From Eledone cirrhosa (taxonomy: Eukaryota), in the NCBI GenBank assembly GCA_964016885.1, contig OZ024741.1:4154001-4218000 (forward strand): 64,000 nucleotides of DNA, given 5' to 3'. Shown in pieces: positions 52,830 through 64,000 of this stretch. The stretch's first letter is position 1. Each line of letters opens with the position of its first letter. Position numbers and translations under genes: made by a program. The notes under the pieces were generated by a model. That model did not search any database and was not told the DNA's origin. It was given only the letters and a program-made list of their open reading frames with translations.

Positions 52830-55800
52830 TAACCTACTGTTGGACTATCACTGATAGTTGGTGTGTTGTAGGAACTAGTAACCTAGTGTAGGACTATTAG
52901 AGATAGTTGGTGTGATGTAGCAACTAGTAACCTACTGTAGGACTATTAGAGATAGTTGGTGTGCTGTAGGAACTAGTAACCTACTGTAGGAGTATCAGAG
53001 ATAGTTGGTGTGACGAAGGAACTAGTAACCTACCTTTGGACTATCAGAGATAGTCACTGTGATGTATGAACTAGTAACCTACTGTAGGACTATCAGAGAT
53101 AGTTACTGTGATGTAGGAACTAGTAACCTACTGTTGGACTATCAGAGATAGTTACTGTGATGTAGGAACTAGTAACCTAGTGTACGACTATCAGAGATAG
53201 TTACTATGGTGTAGGAACTAGTAAACTACTGTAGGACTATCACAGATAGTTACTGTGATGTAGGAACTAATAACCTACTGTTGGACTATCAGAGATAGTT
53301 GGTGTGATGTAGGAACTAGTAACCTACTGTAGGACTATCAGAGATAGTTACTGTGATGTAGGAACTAGTAACCTACTGTTGGACTATCAGAGATAGTTGG
53401 TGTGATGTAGGAACTAGTAACCTACTGTAGGACTCTCACAGATAGTTGGTGTGATGTAGGAACTAGTAACCTACTGTAGGACTATCAGAGATAGTGGGCG
53501 TGATGTAGGAACTAGTAACCTACTGTTGGACTATCAGAGATAGTTGGTGTGATGTAGGAACTAGTAACCTACTGTTGGACTATCAGAGATAGTTGGTATG
53601 ATGTAGGAACTAGTAACCTACTGTAGGACTATCAGAGATAGTTACTGTGATGTAGAAACTAGTAACCTACTGTAGGACTATCAGAGATAGTTACTGTGAT
53701 GTAGGAACTAGTAACCTACTGTTGGACTATCAGAGATAGTTGGTGTGATGTAGGAACTAGTAACCTACTGTTGGACTATCAGAGATAGTTGGTATGATGT
53801 AGGAACTAGTAACCTACTGTAGGACTATCAGAGATAGTTACTGTGATGTAGGAACTAGTAACCTACTGTAGGACTATCACAGATAGTTGGTGTGATGTAG
53901 GAACTAGTAACCTACTGTAGGACTATCAGAGATAGTTGGTGTGATGTAGGAACTAGTAACCTACTGTAGGACTATCACAGATAGTTACTGTGATGTAAGA
54001 ACTAGTAACCTACTGTAGGACTATCAGAGATAGTTGGTGTGATGTAGGAACTAGTAACCTACTGTAGGACTATCAGAGATAGTTGGTGTGATGTAGGAAC
54101 TAGTAACCTACTGTTGGACTATCAGAGATAGTTACTGTGATGTAGGAACTAGTAACCTACTGTTGGACTATCACTGATAGTTGGTGTGTTGTAGGAACTA
54201 GTAACCTAGTGTAGGACTATTAGAGATAGTTGGTGTGATGTAGCAACTAGTAACCTACTGTAGGACTATTAGAGATAGTTGGTGTGCTGTAGGAACTAGT
54301 AACCTACTGTAGGAGTATCAGAGATAGTTGGTGTGACGAAGGAACTAGTAACCTACCTTTGGACTATCAGAGATAGTCACTGTGATGTATGAACTAGTAA
54401 CCTACTGTAGGACTATCAGAGATAGTTACTGTGATGTAGGAACTAGTAACCTACTGTTGGACTATCAGAGATAGTTACTGTGATGTAGGAACTAGTAACC
54501 TAGTGTACGACTATCAGAGATAGTTACTATGGTGTAGGAACTAGTAAACTACTGTAGGACTATCACAGATAGTTACTGTGATGTAGGAACTAATAACCTA
54601 CTGTTGGACTATCAGAGATAGTTGGTGTGAGGTAGGAACTAGTAACCTACTGTTGGACTATCAGAGATAGTTGGTGTGATGTAGGAACTAGTAACCTACT
54701 GTTGGACTATCAGAGATAGTTGGTGTGATGTAGGAACTAGTAACATACTGTAGGACTATCAGAGATAGTTGGTGTGATGTAGGAACTAGTAACCTACTGT
54801 AGGACTATCACAGATAGTTACTGTGATGTAGGAACTAGTAACCTACTGTAGGACTATCAGAGATAGTTGGTGTGATGTAGGAACTAGTAACCTACTGTAG
54901 GACTATCAGAGATAGTTGGTGTGATGTAGGAACTAGTAACCTACTGTAGGACTATTAGAGATAGTTACTGTGATGTAGGAACTAGTAACCTACTGTTGGA
55001 CAATCTGAGATAGTTGGTGTGATGTAGGAACTAGTAACCTACTGTAGGACTGTCAGAGATTGTTGGTGTGATGTAGGAACTAGTAACCTACTGTAGGACT
55101 GTCAGAGATAGTTGGTGAGATGTAGGAACTAGTAACCTACTGTTGTAGTATCAGAGATAGTTACTGTGATGTAGGAACTAGTAACCTACTGTAGGACTAT
55201 CAGAGATAGTTGGTGTGATGTAGGAACTAGTAACCTACTGTTGGACTATCAGAGATAGTTGGTGTGATGAAGGAACTAGTAACCTACTGTTGGACAATCA
55301 GAGATAGTTGGTGTGATGTAGGAACTAGTAACCTACTGTAGGACTGTCAGAGATAGTTGGTGTGATGTAGGAACTAGTAACCTACTGTGGGACTATCAGA
55401 GATAGTTGGTGTGATGTAGGAACTAGTAACCTACTGTAGGACTATCAGAGATAGTTACTGTGATGTAGGAACTAGTAACCTACTGTAGGACTATCAGAGA
55501 TAGTTACTGTGATGTAGGAACTAGTAACCTACTGTTGGACTATCAGAGATAGTTGGTGTGATGTAGGAACTAGTAACCTACTGTTGGACTATCAGAGATA
55601 GTTGGTGTGATGTAGGAACTAGTAACCTACTGTAGGACTATCAGAGAAAGTTGGTGTGATGTAGGAACTAGTAACCTACTGTTGGACTATCAGAGATAGT
55701 TGGTGTGATGTAGGACCTAGTAACCTACTGTAGGACTATTAGAGATAGTTGGTGTGATGTAGGCACTAGTAACCTACTGTAGGACTATCAGAGATAGTTG

Positions 55801-58800
55801 GTGTGATGTATGAACTAGTAACCTACTGTAGGACTATCAGAGATAGTTGGTGTGATGTAGGAACTAGTAACCTACTGTTGGACTATCAGAGATAGTTGGT
55901 GTGATGTAGGAACTAGTAACCTACTGTAGGACTATCAGAGATAGTTGGTGTGATGTAGAAACTAGTAACCTACTGTTGGACTATCAGAGATTGTTACTGT
56001 GATGTAGGAACTAGTAACCTACTGTTGGACTATCACTGATAGTTGGTGTGTTGTAGGAACTAGTAACCTAGTGTAGGACTATTAGAGATAGTTGGTGTGA
56101 TGTAGCAACTAGTAACCTACTGTAGGACTATTAGAGATAGTTGGTGTGATGTAGGAACTAGTAACCTACTGTAGGAGTATCAGAGATAGTTGGTGTGACG
56201 AAGGAACTAGTAACCTACCTTTGGACTATCAGAGATAGTCACTGTGATGTATGAACTAGTAACCTACTGTAGGACTATCAGAGATAGTTACTGTGATGTA
56301 GGAACTAGTAACCTACTGTTGGACTATCAGAGATAGTTACTGTGATGTAGGAACTAGTAACCTAGTGTACGACTATCAGAGATAGTTACTATGGTGTAGG
56401 AACTAGTAAACTACTGTAGGACTATCACAGATAGTTACTGTGATGTAGGAACTAATAACCTACTGTTGGACTATCAGAGATAGTTGGTGTGATGTAGGAA
56501 CTAGTAACCTACTGTAGGACTATCAGAGATAGTTGGTGTGATGTAGGAACTAGTAACCTACTGTAGGACTATCACAGATAGTTACTGTGATGTAGGAACT
56601 AGTAACCTACTGTAGGACTATCAGAGATAGTTGGTGTGATGTAGGAACTAGTAACCTACTGTTGGACTATCAGAGATAGTTGGTGTGATGTAGGAACTAG
56701 TAACCTACTGTAGGACTCTCACAGATAGTTGGTGTGATGTAGGAACTAGTAACCTACTGTAGGACTATCAGAGATAGTGGGCGTGATGTAGGAACTAGTA
56801 ACCTACTGTTGGACTATCAGAGATAGTTGGTATGATGTAGGAACTAGTAACCTACTGTAGGACTATCAGAGATAGTTACTGTGATGTAGAAACTAGTAAC
56901 CTACTGTAGGACTATCAGAGATAGTTACTGTGATGTAGGAACTCGTAACCTACTGTTGGACTATCAGAGATAGTTACTGTGATGTAGGAACTAGTAACCT
57001 AGTGTACGACTATCAGAGATAGTTACTATGGTGTAGGAACTAGTAAACTACTGTAGGACTATCACAGATAGTTACTGTGATGTAGGAACTAATAACCTAC
57101 TGTTGGACTATCAGAGATAGTTGGTGTGATGTAGGAACTAGTAACCTACTGTAGGACTATCAGAGATAGTTTCTGTGATGTTGGAACTAGTAACCTACTG
57201 TAGGACTATCAGAGATAGTTGGTGTGATGTAGGAACTAGTAACCTACTGTAGGACTATCAGAGATAGTTGGTGTGATGTAGGAACTAGTAACCTACTGTA
57301 GGACTATCAGAGATAGTTACTGTGATGTAGGAACTAGTAACCTACTGTAGGACTATCAGAGATAGTTACTGTGATGTAGGAACTAGTAACCTACTGTTGG
57401 ACTATCAGAGATAGTTGGTGTGATGTAGCAACTAGTAACCTACTGTAGGACTATTAGAGATAGTTGGTGTGCTGTAGGAACTAGTAACCTACTGTAGGAC
57501 TATTAGAGATAGTTACTGTGATGTAGGAACTAGTAACCTACTGTTGGACTATCAGAGATAGTTGGTGTGATGAAGGAACTAGTAACCTACTGTTGGACAA
57601 TCAGAGATAGTTGGTGTGATGTAGGAACTAGTAACCTACTGTAGGACTGTCAGAGATGGTTGGTGTGATGTAGGAACTAGTAACCTACTGTAGGACTATC
57701 AGAGATAGTTGGTGTGATGTAGGAACTAGTAACCTACTGTAGGACTATCAGAGATAGTTACTGTGATGTAGGAACTAGTAACCTACTGTAGGACTATCAG
57801 AGATAGTTACTGTGATGTAGGAACTAGTAACCTGCTGTTGGACTATCAGAGATAGTTGGTGTGATGTAGGAACTAGTAACCTACTGTAGGACTGTCAGAG
57901 ATAGTTGGTGAGATGTAGGAACTAGTAACCTACTGTTGTAGTATCAGAGATAGTTACTGTGATGTAGGAACTAGTAACCTACTGTAGGACTATCAGAGAT
58001 AGTCGGTGTGATGTGGGAACTAGTAACCTACTGTTGGACTATCAGAGATAGTTGGTGTGATGTAGGAACTAGTAACCTACTGTTGGACTATCAGAGATAG
58101 TTGGTGTGATGTAGGAACTAGTAACCTACTGTTGGACTATCAGAGATAGTTGGTGTGATGTAGGAACTAGTAACCTACTGTAGGACTATCAGAGATAGTT
58201 GGTGTGATGTAGGAACTAGTAACCTACTGTTGGACTATCAGAGATAGTTGGTGTGATGTAGGAACTAGTAACCTACTGTAGGACTATTAGAGATAGTTGG
58301 TATGATGTAGGCACTAGTAACCTACTGTAGGACTGTCAGAGATAGTTGGTGTGATGTAGGAACTAGTAACCTACTGTAGGACTATCAGAGATAGTTGGTG
58401 TGATGTAGGAACTAGTAACCTACTGTTGGACTATGAGAGATAGTTGGTGTGATGTAGGAACTAGTAACCTACTGTTGCATTATCAGAGATAGTTGGTGTG
58501 ATGTAGGAACTAGTAACCTACTGTTGGACTATCAGAGATAGTTGGTGTGATGTAGGAACTAGTAACCTACTGTAGGACTATCAGAGATAGTTGGTGTGAT
58601 GTAGGAACTAGTAACCTACTGTTGGACTATCAGAGATAGTTGGTGTGATGTAGGAACTAGTAACCTACTGTGGACTATTAGAGATAGTTGGTGTGATGTA
58701 GGCACTAGTAACCTACTGTAGGACTATCAGGGATAGTTGGTGTGATGTAGAAACTAGTAACCTACTGTTGGACTATCAGAGATAGTTACTGTGATATAGG

Positions 58801-58950
58801 AACTAGTAACCTACTGTTGGACTATCACTGATAGTTGGTGTGTTGTAGGAACTAGTAACCTAGTGTAGGACTATTAGAGATAGTTGGTGTGATGTAGCAA
58901 CTAGTAACCTACTGTAGGACTATTAGAGATAGTTGGTGTGATGTAGGAAC
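52830..58950. repeat. Recurrent ~9-10-monomer variant cassette (CACTGATAG...GTAGCAAC...ACCTTTGG...CCTAGTGTACG...ACTATGGTG)
   Basis: CACTGA at 52849, 54172 (+27x49), 56034 (+38x49) and a partial copy at 58826 (+57x49 - 1), with the same order of downstream variants. Confidence 0.88.
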
Positions 58951-59639
58951 TAGTATTCTACTGTAGGCCTATCAGAGTTAGTTACTGTGATGTAGAAACT
59001 AGTAACCTACTGTAGGACTATCAGAGATACTTACTGTGATGTAGGAACTAGTAACCTACTGTTGGACTATCAGAGATAGTTACTGTGATGTAGGAACTAG
59101 TAACCTACTGTTGGAGTATCAGAGATAGTTACTGTGATGTAGGAACTAGTAACCTACTGTTGGACTATCAGAGATAGTTACTGTGATGTAGGAACTAGTA
59201 ACCTACTGTTGGACTATCAGAGATAGTTACTGTGATGTAGGAACTAGTAACCTACTGTTGGACTATCAGAGATAGTTACTGTGATGTAGGAACTAGTAAC
59301 CTACTGTAGGACAATCAGAGATAATTACTCTGATGTAGGAACTAGTAACCAACTGTAGGACTATCAGAGATAGTTACTGTGATGTAGGAACTAATAACCT
59401 AATGTTGGACTATCAGAGATAGTTACTGTGATGTAGGAACTAGTAACCTACTGTAGGACTATCAGAGATAGTTACTGTGATGTAGGAACTAGTAACCTAC
59501 TGTAGGACGATCAGAGATAGTTACTGTGATGTAAGAACTAGTAACCTACTGTAGGACTATCAGAGATAGTTACTGTGATGTAGGAACTAGTAACCTACTG
59601 TTGGACTATCAGAGATAGTTGGTGTGATGAAGGAACTAG

Positions 59640-62600
59640 TAACCTACTGTTGGACTATCAGAGATAGTTGGTGTGATGAAGGAACTAGTAACCTACTGTT
59701 GGACAATCATAGAAAGTTGGTGTGATGTAGGAACTAGTAACCTAATGTAGGACTATCAGAGATAGTTACTGTGATATAAGAACTAGTAACCTACTGTAGG
59801 ACTATCAGAGATAGTTACTGTGATGTAGGAACTAGTAACCTACTGTTGGACTATCAGAGATAGTTGGTGTGACGTAGGAACTAGTAACCTACTGTAGGCC
59901 TATCAGAGTTAGTTACTGTGATGTAGGAACTTGTAACCTACTGTTGGACAATCAGAGACAGTTGGTGTGATGTAGGAACTAGTAACATACTGTTGGACTA
60001 TCAGAGACAGTTGGTGTGATGTAGGAACTAGTAACCTAATGTAGGACAATCAGAGATAGTTACTGTGATTGAAGAACTAGTAACCTACTGTAGGACTATC
60101 AGAGATAGTTCCTGTAATGTAGGAACTAGTAACCTACTGTTGGACTATCAGAGATAGTTGGTGTGATGTAGGAACTAGTAACCTACTGTTGGACTATCAG
60201 AGATAGTTACTGTGATGTAGGAACTAGTAACCTACTGTAGGACTATCAGAGATAGTTACTGTGATGTAGGAACTAGTAACCTACTGTTGGACAATCGGAG
60301 ATAGTTACTGTGACGTAGGAACTAGTAACCTACTGTAGGCCTATCAGAGTCAGTTACTGTGATGTAGGAACTAGTAACCTACTGTTGGACTATCAGAGAT
60401 AGTTGGTGTGATGTAGGAACTAGTAACCTACTGTTGGACTATCAGAGATAGTTACTGTGATGTAGGAACTAGTAACCTACTGTAGGACTATCAGAGATAG
60501 TTACTGTGATGTAGGAACTAGTAACCTACTGTTGGACTATCAGAGATAGTTGGTGATGTAGGAACTAGTAACCTACTGTAGGACTATCAGAGATAGTTAC
60601 TATGGTGTAGGAACTAGTAACCTACTGTAGGACTGTCAGAGATAGTTGGTGTGATGTAGGAACTAGTAACCTACTGTTGGACTATCAGAGATAGTTGGTA
60701 TGATGTAGGAACTAGTAACCTACTGTAGGACTATCAGAGATAGTTGGTGTGATGTAGGAACTAGTAACCTACTGTTGGACTATCAGAGATAGTTGGTGAT
60801 GTAGGAACTAGTAACCTACTGTAGGACTATCAGAGATAGTTACTATGGTGTAGGAACTAGTAACCTACTGTAGGACTGTCAGAGATAGTTGGTGTGATGT
60901 AGGAACTAGTAACCTACTGTTGGACTATCAGAGATAGTTGGTGTGATGAAGGAACTAGTAACCTACTGTTGGACAATCATAGATAGTTGGTGTGATGTAG
61001 GAACTAGTAACCTAATGTAGGACTATCAGAGATAGTTACTGTGATATAAGAACTAGTAACTTACTGTAGGACTATCAGAGATAGTTACTGTGATGTAGGA
61101 ACTAGTAACCTACTGTTGGACTATCAGAGATAGTTGGTGTGACGTAGGAACTAGTAACCTACTGTAGGCCTATCAGAGTTAGTTACTGTGATGTAGGAAC
61201 TTGTAACCTACTGTTGGACAATCAGAGACAGTTGGTGTGATGTAGGAACTAGTAACATACTGTTGGACTATCAGAGACAGTTGGTGTGATGTAGGAACTA
61301 GTAACCTAATGTAGGACAATCAGAGATAGTTACTGTGATTGAAGAACTAGTAACCTACTGTAGGACTATCAGAGATAGTTACTGTGATGTAGGAACTAGT
61401 AACCTACTGTTGGACTATCAGAGATAGTTACTGTGATGTAGGAACTTGTAACCTACTGTAGGACTATCAGAGATAGTCGGTGTGATGTGGGAACTAGTAA
61501 CCTACTGTTGGACTATCAGAGATAGTTGGTGTGATGTAGGAACTAGTAACCTAATGTAGGACTATCAGAGATAGTTACTGTGATATAAGAACTAGTAACC
61601 TACTGTAGGACTATCAGAGATAGTTACTGTGATGTAGGAACTAGTAACCTACTGTTGGACTATCAGAGATAGTTACTGTGATGTAGGAACTTGTAACCTA
61701 CTGTAGGACTATCAGAGATAGTCGGTGTGATGTGGGAACTAGTAACCTACTGTTGGACTATCAGAGATAGTTGGTGTGATGTAGGAACTAGTAACCTACT
61801 GTTGGACTATCAGAGATAGTTGGTGTGATGAAGGAACTAGTAACCTACTGTTGGACAATCATAGATAGTTGGTGTGATGTAGGAACTAGTAACCTAATGT
61901 AGGACTATCAGAGATAGTTACTGTGATATAAGAACTAGTAACCTACTGTAGGACTATCAGAGATAGTTACTGTGATGTAGGAACTAGTAACCTACTGTTG
62001 GACTATCAGAGATAGTTGGTGTGACGTAGGAACTAGTAACCTACTGTAGGCCTATCAGAGTTAGTTACTGTGATGTAGGAACTTGTAACCTACTGTTGGA
62101 CAATCAGAGACAGTTGGTGTGATGTAGGAACTAGTAACATACTGTTGGACTATCAGAGACAGTTGGTGTGATGTAGGAACTAGTAACCTAATGTAGGACA
62201 ATCAGAGATAGTTACTGTGATTGAAGAACTAGTAACCTACTGTAGGACTATCAGAGATAGTTCCTGTGATGTAGGAACTAGTAACCTACTGTTGGACTAT
62301 CAGAGATAGTTGGTGTGATGTAGGAACTAGTAACCTACTGTTGGACTATCAGAGATAGTTACTGTGATGTAGGAACTAGTAACCTACTGTAGGACTATCA
62401 GAGATAGTTACTGTGATGTAGGAACTAGTAACCTACTGTTGGACAATCGGAGATAGCTACTGTGACGTAGGAACTAGTAACCTACTGTAGGCCTATCAGA
62501 GTCAGTTACTGTGATGTAGGAACTAGTAACCTACTGTTGGACTATCAGAGATAGTTGGTGTGATGTAGGAACTAGTAACCTACTGTTGGACTATCAGAGA

Positions 62601-64000
62601 TAGTTACTGTGATGTAGGAACTAGTAACCTACTGTAGGACTATCAGAGATAGTTACTGTGATGTAGGAACTAGTAACCTACTGTTGGACTATCAGAGATA
62701 GTTGGTGATGTAGGAACTAGTAACCTACTGTAGGACTATCAGAGATAGTTACTATGGTGTAGGAACTAGTAACCTACTGTAGGACTGTCAGAGATAGTTG
62801 GTGTGATGTAGGAACTAGTAACCTACTGTTGGACTATCAGAGATAGTTACTGTGATGTAGGAACTTGTAACCTACTGTAGGACTATCAGAGATAGTCGGT
62901 GTGATGTGGGAACTAGTAACCTACTGTTGGACTATCAGAGATAGTTACTGTGATGTAGGAACTAGTAACCTACTGTTGGACAATCGGGGATAGTTACTGT
63001 GACGTAGGAACTAGTAACCTACTGTAGGCCTATCAGAGTCAGTTACTGTGATGTAGGAACTAGTAACCTACTGTTGGACTATCAGAGATAGTTGGTGTGA
63101 TGTAGGAACTAGTAACCTACTGTTGGACTATCAGAGTTAGTTACTGTGATGTAGGAACTTGTAACCTACTGTTGGACAATCAGAGACAGTTGGTGTGATG
63201 TAGGAACTAGTAACATACTGTTGGACTATCAGAGACAGTTGGTGTGATGTAGGAACTAGTAACCTAATGTAGGACAATCAGAGATAGTTACTGTGATTGA
63301 AGAACTAGTAACCTACTGTAGGACTATCAGAGATAGTTACTGTGATGTAGGAACTAGTAACCTACTGTTGGACTATCAGAGATAGTTACTGTGATGTAGG
63401 AACTTGTAACCTACTGTAGGACTATCAGAGATAGTCGGTGTGATGTGGGAACTAGTAACCTACTGTTGGACTATCAGAGATAGTTGGTGTGATGTAGGAA
63501 CTAGTAACCTAATGTAGGACTATCAGAGATAGTTACTGTGATATAAGAACTAGTAACCTACTGTAGGACTATCAGAGATAGTTACTGTGATGTAGGAACT
63601 AGTAACCTACTGTTGGACTATCAGAGATAGTTACTGTGATGTAGGAACTTGTAACCTACTGTAGGACTATCAGAGATAGTCGGTGTGATGTGGGAACTAG
63701 TAACCTACTGTTGGACTATCAGAGATAGTTGGTGTGATGTAGGAACTAGTAACCTACTGTTGGACTATCAGAGATAGTTGGTGTGATGAAGGAACTAGTA
63801 ACCTACTGTTGGACAATCATAGATAGTTGGTGTGATGTAGGAACTAGTAACCTAATGTAGGACTATCAGAGATAGTTACTGTGATATAAGAACTAGTAAC
63901 CTACTGTAGGACTATCAGAGATAGTTACTGTGATGTAGGAACTAGTAACCTACTGTTAGACTATCAGAGATAGTTGGTGTGACGTAGGAACTAGTAACCT
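59640..64000. repeat. Distal variant domain with short higher-order repeats (18, 22, 26, 40 and 44 monomers)
   Basis: GATTGAAG (position of GAAG) at 60071, 61341, 62223, 63299, giving spacings 1,270, 882, 1,076. TTCCTGT at 60109/62261 (2,152 = 44x49 - 4). Domain-specific GAACTTGTAACC, GAGACAG and ACAATCATAG. Confidence 0.88.

Larger units (their letters stand above)
1..64000. repeat. Tandem satellite/minisatellite array, 49-bp monomer, ~1,307 copies, single orientation, extends beyond both window ends
   Basis: TAACCTACTG starts at 1, 50, 99, 148 and so on, and the last monomer starts at 63995. The consensus TAACCTACTGT(A/T)GGACTATCAGAGATAGTT(GG/AC)TGTGATGTAGGAACTAG is recognisable on every line, mostly with 0-3 substitutions per copy. 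The indels I counted (21 x -2, 8 x -1, 1 x +1, net -49) reconcile the phase at the window end with 1,307 full monomers. Confidence 0.99.

Noticed and set aside
1-64000. CRISPR array (regular period, palindromic repeat)
   Set aside because: No unique spacers; the entire 49 bp is repeated. No leader or cas genes in the window.
1-64000. Repetitive protein-coding ORF on either strand (147-bp, 49-codon super-period)
   Set aside because: 49 is not a multiple of 3, so each frame cycles through all phases. Stops occur at monomer positions 1, 11, 26, 35, 40 and 47 on +, and CTA/TCA at 5, 16, 19 and 46 give stops on -. Open stretches are about 30 codons or less in the consensus. Even with TAA/TAG reassigned, TGA recurs every third monomer on both strands.
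1-64000. Rolling-circle or sequencing concatemer of a 49-nt circle, or a synthetic array
   Set aside because: Variants are inherited in long ordered, nested blocks with regional turnover, which indicates evolutionary history rather than random read error or a designed construct.
1-64000. Tandem tRNA, 5S, snRNA or ribozyme array
   Set aside because: No cloverleaf, Pol III A/B boxes or hammerhead core (CTGATGA...GAAA) recognisable. The hairpins are short and I saw no co-occurring compensatory pairs (A18>G and T26>C occur in different monomers).
1-64000. G-quadruplex potential from the G-rich strand
   Set aside because: Only GG doublets separated by 9-19 nt, and GGG is rare; not a canonical G4 pattern.
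1-64000. Hidden inserted element, inversion or unique island
   Set aside because: I saw no non-repeat segment or reverse-orientation monomer, and the counted indels account exactly for the phase at the window end.

Overview
The whole 64-kb window is one uninterrupted head-to-tail tandem array (satellite or very large minisatellite) of a 49-bp monomer, about 1,307 copies, running off both window edges. Consensus: TAACCTACTGT(A/T)GGACTATCAGAGATAGTT(GG/AC)TGTGATGTAGGAACTAG, about 40% GC, G-rich on the + strand, with no CpG. I see no ORF, RNA gene, transposon insertion, CRISPR spacer, inversion or unique sequence. All the information lies in monomer variants. These are two common dimorphic sites plus dozens of rarer variants inherited in ordered blocks. 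They define nested higher-order repeats (12, 27-28, 42, 44, ~123 and 152 monomers) and three successive variant domains (about 1-47 kb, 41-59 kb and 59.6-64 kb). The monomer is almost entirely made of short inverted repeats and looks like a diverged dimer of 24-25-bp halves. I cannot name the organism or repeat family. A eukaryotic heterochromatic or subtelomeric array is the most likely context, which is inference. I found no support for a new gene-encoded system. Offsets were obtained by manually matching rare marker variants, so block boundaries are approximate.
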